Source: Candidatus Melainabacteria bacterium 17Bon1m
GTDB lineage: Bacteria; Cyanobacteriota; Vampirovibrionia; Obscuribacterales; Obscuribacteraceae
NCBI GenBank assembly: GCA_032128875.1
Contig: JAVLKG010000006.1
Location: forward strand, 160,001-224,000
DNA: 64,000 bases
Direction of reading: 5' to 3'
Position numbers and translations under genes: made by a program. The notes under the pieces were generated by a model, which was not told where the DNA came from, ran no database searches, and worked only from the letters and a program-made list of their open reading frames with translations. This document shows, piece by piece, positions 58,566-64,000 of this stretch; the first letter of the stretch is position 1; each line of letters starts with the position of its first letter.

Positions 58566-59786
58566 GTGCCAGTCGAGAACTGTCTAATGAATGTTGGCGA
58601 GTGGGTTACTGACCTGGCGGCCATTTCGTGTCTTGGTGCCGGACTGGCTGCGTTGGTGCTGACCTTGTTGCCCGGTAAGCGACTGACGGGAAAGGCTGAA
58701 TCCGCAGATCCTTCATCTTTCATCGATCCGGGGGCCGGCGAAACAGCGCGCTATCGCCTCGCCTTCAAAGACCTTATCACTGTGAAGAATTCGGGTTTGG
58801 ACGTCACGCAGGTTTCTGGCACTGTACCGGAGCCTGGTGTTGGGCTTGAAGGAACGCGCGCAATGTCTGCAAGCGAACTGGCAATCACGATGTTCGACCA
58901 GGGTATTTTAGGTGTTGGTCTCGGCGAGAAGAGTCTGGAAGCGACAAAGTCTTTCTCGAAAACCAAATTCGAAAAGACGAAAGTCGATTCGAAAACCAAG
59001 ATTGATTCAAAAACAAAAATAGAAAAGAAGGTCGACACCAAGACAAAAATTGAGCCGCGAGCCAAGGAAGAGAAGCCGAAGCCCGAATCGAAGAAGGACG
59101 CGAAGAAAGAAGCGAAACCAGATCCAAAAGATCAGAAGAACCAGAAAGACCAGAAGAAAGATCCGAAGAAAGACACAAAGAAGGGCGACGAGAAGGATTT
59201 GCAGCTTCATATGGCGGTGCGCAAAATCACTTATGGTTCAAAGAAAACTGACCCATATGTTTCAAAGCCGGTCATTGATGAGAATACGGGAGAGCAAACT
59301 CCCGATCCATTGAAGCCAACATACTTTAGTGAAGATATTTTGGACGCGATGGATAGGCAGCCGGCAAGTTTTCTGAATCAGTCGAAGGAGCCTGACCCAA
59401 GTCCACTCCCTGCAGAAAAACCAAACGCAGCTCCAGGTTTCCCAACGGCAGCCGGTCCAGCGCAACGAGTTCCGCTGCCGCCGCAGCCTCCGGCTCAAGG
59501 TTTCCCGCAACCACCGCAGCCTCCGGCTCAAGGTTTCCCGATGCCGCCGCAACCGCCGACTCCGGGTTTCCCTCAACCACCGCAACCTCCGGCTCAAGGT
59601 TTCCCTGTGTCTCCCCTACCTCCAACTCCGCCTCAACCGCAGAATCCAAAGGAAGGGCAACAGTCTCAGCCAGAAGAAATCGATCCAAGCAAAGACCCGA
59701 AGAAGGTTGGACGCTCGACACTGATTGAGCCCAAACGCAATCTTCAACAAGACAGAGAGCCGCCGCCGCCGGAGTACTTCAAGTGA
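58566..59786 (+). CDS. Membrane-anchored Lys/Pro-rich hypothetical protein
   Basis: N-terminal TM; Lys/Asp-rich and Pro-rich regions; stop overlaps the next start (GTGA). Confidence 0.65.
   Translation: MPVENCLMNVGEWVTDLAAISCLGAGLAALVLTLLPGKRLTGKAESADPSSFIDPGAGETARYRLAFKDLITVKNSGLDVTQVSGTVPEPGVGLEGTRAMSASELAITMFDQGILGVGLGEKSLEATKSFSKTKFEKTKVDSKTKIDSKTKIEKKVDTKTKIEPRAKEEKPKPESKKDAKKEAKPDPKDQKNQKDQKKDPKKDTKKGDEKDLQLHMAVRKITYGSKKTDPYVSKPVIDENTGEQTPDPLKPTYFSEDILDAMDRQPASFLNQSKEPDPSPLPAEKPNAAPGFPTAAGPAQRVPLPPQPPAQGFPQPPQPPAQGFPMPPQPPTPGFPQPPQPPAQGFPVSPLPPTPPQPQNPKEGQQSQPEEIDPSKDPKKVGRSTLIEPKRNLQQDREPPPPEYFK
59478..59609 (+). repeat. 4 x 33-bp coding tandem repeat (PPQPP[AT][QP]GFPx)
   Basis: CCGCCGCAGCCTCCGGCTCAAGGTTTCCCGCAA and variants. 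Confidence 0.8.
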
Positions 59787-61900
59787 CCGAGACAAGAACT
59801 CCAGAAGCGAAAGCCGCGCCTGAGAAAAAGGCGAAGCAAGACAGCCAGGGTGTGAAGCCCTGGTCTTTGCGCCTGCTCATTATTTACGTCGGCATTGGTT
59901 TCTACGTTCTTTTTGCGTGGTCGCAAATAGGGCCCAGCATACTTTCGGCGATTGCGTTCAACCTGGCTGTTCTCGCCATTCTCGCCGTCATCTCTAGTTG
60001 TACTCGAACGCTAGTGTTGCGCCGGATGTTGTCGCTCTTTCTTTGGGGCGCATTTATGACTGGTGTTGCCGTCATGGTGTCGCATGTTGCTGTGAACGCC
60101 TTCGCTTTCTCTGGTCGTGGCGGCACTGAAATTGCCATGGCAGCAATCGAGGAAGTAATAAAACTAATACCGCTTGTGGTGCTTATGATCGTTGGCCGGA
60201 AATTCAGCACATTTACCATGGGCATGACCGATTTTATTCTTGCTGGTGCCGCGCTTGGTGCTGGTTTTTCCTGTCTGGAGTACGCTGCCGCTCACAAAAA
60301 CGCAGCTGCCTATGGGCAACTTGCCTGGCTTCCGACCGCTGAGATTGTGAACGGGCGCATGATTTCAGGTCACCTCATTTGGTCATCGCTGGCGGCAGCA
60401 GGGATCGGATTTGGCTTTTTCTTCAAGACCAGATGGAAGGTTGCAGCAATTGGTGCAGCGATTGGATTAGCCGTCACCATCATCGATCATGCTGCCTACA
60501 ACTATTCAATTGTCAGCAACGATTGGATGTCCGGTATTCTCAATGCGATTGCGCTCAACGGCTATCTTGCCTTTGGTTTGTGGATCGCGTCGATGGTGAT
60601 TGCGTTGGTGGTGGATGCTCGCGTTTTGATAAAGGCGGTTCCACAGTTTAGCGAATTCAAAGTGCCGAAGGGACTTGAAGGGCTCGATGGATTGATGGCG
60701 ATGTGGGACTTCGTTATCGATCGCAGGAGATTGGCGTATTCGCTGCATCACTATGAAAACGCGCCTGAGGCTTTGAAAAAAGACGCTGCTGTTACCTCGT
60801 CGCTGCTTGCGCAAACACTGATCAACTTTCATATTCCCGAGCGCAGATTGCGCACTCTTGATGCGATGACGCGAGAAGATCTGACGCTTGTCGCAGGAAT
60901 CAACGATATAGGTAGAGAAGGCGATCCGGATAGCCTCGATGATATTGATCTACCGAAGCATATTAAACTGAATGCGCCTCTCAGTCAGGGCGGGATGGGC
61001 ATCATTTACAGTGGTGAGCACATTCACACTGGGCAAAAACTTGCCATCAAGCTTTTGCATCCAACGTTTGCGCGGCAACAGCAGGCTGTTGAGCGTTTCA
61101 AACATGAGGCAAAAGCAGTTGGCGCCCTCCAGCATCCCAACCTGGTTACCATCACCGACTTTGGCATCACCGAGCGGAGAAAAATTCCCTATTTGGTGAT
61201 GGAATTGATTCAAGGAGAAAATTTGGAGCAGGTGATCAAGGATGGCAAAGGCATGCATCCTCAGCGTTTCTTCACCATCTTCGATCAAGTCATCGACGCG
61301 CTGTCTCACGCGCACAAGCGTATGGTCATTCACCGCGATATGAAGCCGAGCAACATCCTTTTGACTCAAACCGAAGACGGACGCGACATGATCAAGATTG
61401 TTGACTTCGGTATTGCGAAAATTATGACCGGCGAGGGTGAAGAAGGCGCCAATGCGCAAGAGTTGACGCGTACCGGCGATCTCATCGGTAGCCCACTTTA
61501 TATGAGTCCTGAGCAAGGTCTGGGGACGAAACTGGATGCCAGATCGGATATTTATTCCGTTGGTTGCGTTATGTATGAATGCATTGTTGGTGAGCCACCG
61601 TTGCTAGGAAACACCGCTGTGCAAACGATTATGATGCATATCAATGAGTCGCCGAAGACGTTGCGTGAAGCAAAACCGGAATTGAATATTCCAGCTGGAA
61701 TAGATCACTTCGTTATGAAGTGTTTGGCGAAGAATCCGAATCACCGTTTTCAAACTATGGACGAGATGAGAGAGGCTCTGCACAACGTGAGGGCTAATCC
61801 GTTTGGACCACAAGGAGGAGGAAGCCCCCAGAGCCCTCCCAATCCGCATAATCCTCAAAACCCGCAAAATCCACCGCATCCACCAAATGTGATGGCATAG
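59783..61900 (+). CDS. PrsW-family intramembrane protease fused to a Ser/Thr kinase
   Basis: PrsW motifs EEVIK, FSCLE, GHLIWS, HAAYN in a multi-TM N-terminal half; kinase motifs AIK, HRDMKPSN, DFG, YMSPE. Confidence 0.88.
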   Translation: MTETRTPEAKAAPEKKAKQDSQGVKPWSLRLLIIYVGIGFYVLFAWSQIGPSILSAIAFNLAVLAILAVISSCTRTLVLRRMLSLFLWGAFMTGVAVMVSHVAVNAFAFSGRGGTEIAMAAIEEVIKLIPLVVLMIVGRKFSTFTMGMTDFILAGAALGAGFSCLEYAAAHKNAAAYGQLAWLPTAEIVNGRMISGHLIWSSLAAAGIGFGFFFKTRWKVAAIGAAIGLAVTIIDHAAYNYSIVSNDWMSGILNAIALNGYLAFGLWIASMVIALVVDARVLIKAVPQFSEFKVPKGLEGLDGLMAMWDFVIDRRRLAYSLHHYENAPEALKKDAAVTSSLLAQTLINFHIPERRLRTLDAMTREDLTLVAGINDIGREGDPDSLDDIDLPKHIKLNAPLSQGGMGIIYSGEHIHTGQKLAIKLLHPTFARQQQAVERFKHEAKAVGALQHPNLVTITDFGITERRKIPYLVMELIQGENLEQVIKDGKGMHPQRFFTIFDQVIDALSHAHKRMVIHRDMKPSNILLTQTEDGRDMIKIVDFGIAKIMTGEGEEGANAQELTRTGDLIGSPLYMSPEQGLGTKLDARSDIYSVGCVMYECIVGEPPLLGNTAVQTIMMHINESPKTLREAKPELNIPAGIDHFVMKCLAKNPNHRFQTMDEMREALHNVRANPFGPQGGGSPQSPPNPHNPQNPQNPPHPPNVMA

Positions 61901-61954
61901 CAAGTACAATGATTTAGGCGTCCGTGTAAAGCACCAAGCGAGAAAAGGACAGTT

Positions 61955-62623
61955 ATGACAGCTCGAAATCACGCCGGCAAATACATGCGCAGCAAGTTCG
62001 GGAATGTCTCCCGAAATGAAAGGGGTCTGGCAACCTGGGTCAAGATTCTGATTGGGGTGATGATTGTCGGAACGATTTCGATTGTTGCGATTATCGGTAG
62101 TGTTGCTTGGTTGGCTGGTTCTGCATACAAGGACATGACTGACCCTAAGAAGTCCAAAGCTACCTTAGAATCAATCGCCAAGTTCGAAGATCCATTGCCT
62201 AAGGGCTGGCAGTTTGGCATGGCTCTTCCACTCGGCCCGATAAGCGTCGCCATGATTTCTAATGACAAAGCGAAGCTAAATATCACCTTGTTGAAGTTGC
62301 CTAGTGGTGGCAAAGATATGACCAACGAAGTAGTAGTTGGAGAATACGCTGCAAAAGGGGTTCCTGATATGTCGGGCAGCGGCACTAAGTCGTCGGGCCC
62401 AATTACTGTTGAAAACAAGGGCAAGATGAATGTCGGCGGCGAAGAGCTCGCATATGTGACTGGCGTCGGCAGCGACACCAGCAAGAAATTTGCGCAATTC
62501 ATTGGAAGTGTCATTCCGAAGAACAAAGATTCGGTGATTATTGTGCAAGGTCAATCACTCGACTCAGGGGAATATCCAATGGAAGAGACAAAAGCTTTGC
62601 TGGGTGCCATCAAGGGTTTTTAG
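61955..62623 (+). CDS. Hypothetical single-pass membrane protein
   Basis: 222-aa ORF with N-terminal TM and AGGA RBS. Confidence 0.65.
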   Translation: MTARNHAGKYMRSKFGNVSRNERGLATWVKILIGVMIVGTISIVAIIGSVAWLAGSAYKDMTDPKKSKATLESIAKFEDPLPKGWQFGMALPLGPISVAMISNDKAKLNITLLKLPSGGKDMTNEVVVGEYAAKGVPDMSGSGTKSSGPITVENKGKMNVGGEELAYVTGVGSDTSKKFAQFIGSVIPKNKDSVIIVQGQSLDSGEYPMEETKALLGAIKGF

Positions 62624-62651
62624 CTTGTCCTGCGCCAGAGGGCATTTGAAA

Positions 62652-63101
62652 ATGGATAAATATACCTCCATGCTGGCGCTTTATGCTCGTTTTCTATTGA
62701 GCATGTCGATGTTTTGGGCTGCTTTTTTCAACTTCGCTGGTTGGAATGATCAAATGACGATGTTGTTTCCGGTGGCGCAGCAATTGTCAGCGCCGCTTTT
62801 GGCTGCAACTACAGCCGCGGAGATAGTGCTCGGCATCTCCGTTTTGATTGGTTATGCAACGAAGTACATGGCTTGGTTGTCATTGCTTTATACGATGGTT
62901 ATGGCGTGCGTGACGCACCAGTTCTGGGTTGTGGAGCCGGGTCTGCAAGCGAGGGAAGCGATGAACTTCCTGCATGCGTTCGGTTCTGCCGGCGGTTTTC
63001 TCTTGCTAATCGCCCTTGGACCCGGAACCTTCAGTATCGACGAGTTCTTGAAAGAGCCCGTGTCAACAAGTTCTGCACCAGCGACGGACACGAGGTCATA
63101 A
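62652..63101 (+). CDS. DoxX-family membrane protein
   Basis: 'LYARFLLSMSMFWAA...EIVLGISVLIGY.TK...HQFW...GGFLLLIALGPGTFSID'. Confidence 0.88.
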   Translation: MDKYTSMLALYARFLLSMSMFWAAFFNFAGWNDQMTMLFPVAQQLSAPLLAATTAAEIVLGISVLIGYATKYMAWLSLLYTMVMACVTHQFWVVEPGLQAREAMNFLHAFGSAGGFLLLIALGPGTFSIDEFLKEPVSTSSAPATDTRS

Positions 63102-63122
63102 AGATAGCTCTCTGCAGAGCTG

Positions 63123-64000
63123 CTATTTCTTGATTGATTGTACTTTTGGCTCAAACCCATCAAACACGCTCAGGAGCGTCTTATCATCGTTTTCTGCGTT
63201 GGCTATTGTAATGAATGCAATGCGCGCTTCCAATTCATTCGGAAAATCTTTGATGATTGAAGCAAACCCAGTTTTGACTTTATCCCAATCAAAATGGTCT
63301 TTACTGTCCGCATCGCTTCCATAGCAGTCGTCAAAAAATTCGAATGCCATTCGTGCGTAATACTTGTCTCCTTCTGAGCCACCCATTGAGTCAGCACGTT
63401 TCTTTGCGTACGCAATTCGATCAATTTTTTCTCCAAGTGTTTCGTAATCCTGAAATTTGAATGCCCACGAGTCAATACAGAAATAATGCGGCCAACGCTT
63501 GTTGGCAGCATCGATGACCTTGAATAAATCAGCCTTTTCGTGTTTTGCAGCAGCAAGCCGCAGCGCTGGAACGAATGCTTTGGGGAACCGATTCGGGAGG
63601 TCTGGATCAACATCCATAACGTCGTTTGCTTTTTGAATTAATGCTTTGTAGTTGGTATCTTCTTCGTCATCATCAATCTCCCATGCACGATAAATGTGCG
63701 TTTGGGCTAGACAGGTACGTGCTAAATCGGATTTTGGATATTTTTTCAACCAGCGTTCGAGACGCGCCACCCAAATTTTGTAATTCTTTTCATTGTTGTT
63801 GCTTTCGCCTTCAATCGCTGTAGAGAAATAATCAAGTTGTTCAAAACCAGTCCAGTAGAGTTGATGGCTCTTAAGGTATTCCTTACTCAATCGATCAAGT
63901 TCTGCAAAATCCTCTTCGGCAAACAAATGTCTCGCCAGTGCAGTCTCCGGTTTCTTTCGATTGCTACCGTGCCGAAGGCCGAAGACCAGTTCTTTCCATC
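63123..64000 (-). CDS. DUF4034-like helical protein, 5' end beyond the window
   Basis: Frame stays open to the window edge; 'FAELDRL...WLKKYPKS..AR..LA..HIYRAWEI'. Confidence 0.6.
   Translation of the reverse strand, partial: WKELVFGLRHGSNRKKPETALARHLFAEEDFAELDRLSKEYLKSHQLYWTGFEQLDYFSTAIEGESNNNEKNYKIWVARLERWLKKYPKSDLARTCLAQTHIYRAWEIDDDEEDTNYKALIQKANDVMDVDPDLPNRFPKAFVPALRLAAAKHEKADLFKVIDAANKRWPHYFCIDSWAFKFQDYETLGEKIDRIAYAKKRADSMGGSEGDKYYARMAFEFFDDCYGSDADSKDHFDWDKVKTGFASIIKDFPNELEARIAFITIANAENDDKTLLSVFDGFEPKVQSIKK

Noticed and set aside
62652-63101. DoxX as part of the MNIO cluster
   Set aside because: It lies about 38 kb away, and DoxX genes are common; there is no evidence of linkage.

Overview
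This is a gene-dense bacterial chromosome window of roughly 48-50% GC (estimated by eye). The gene content (YlqD, a CcsA/Ccs1 system II cytochrome c pathway, a c6-like cytochrome, several eukaryote-type Ser/Thr kinases, no photosynthesis genes here) suggests a non-photosynthetic cyanobacterial relative such as Vampirovibrionia/Obscuribacterales; this is inference only. Housekeeping and metabolic genes include aroE, tonB-exbB-exbD, sppA, miaA, tlyA, add, eutB/C/A, aat, folA-thyA, a P5C dehydrogenase, a sigma-70 factor and the ccs genes. The strongest novelty candidate is a DUF692/MNIO RiPP-type cluster at 21.7-25.0 kb. It has two secreted Lys-rich precursors, one with six E-x-[SA]-C-K-[GS]-K heptads and one with ESACGKGSCG, followed by the MNIO, a DUF2063 partner and a YceI protein. 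Other highlights are a complete pqqABCDE operon whose 23-aa pqqA is missing from the ORF track, a catalytically dead trypsin-like fold split by a DUF4388 domain, a PrsW-protease/Ser-Thr-kinase fusion, divergently transcribed eutB and eutC, four palindromic repeats upstream of an orphan AbiEi-like gene, and an atypical tRNA-Ser. No CRISPR array, rRNA, transposase or integrase was recognised. All family calls come from motif recognition by eye, not from database searches.
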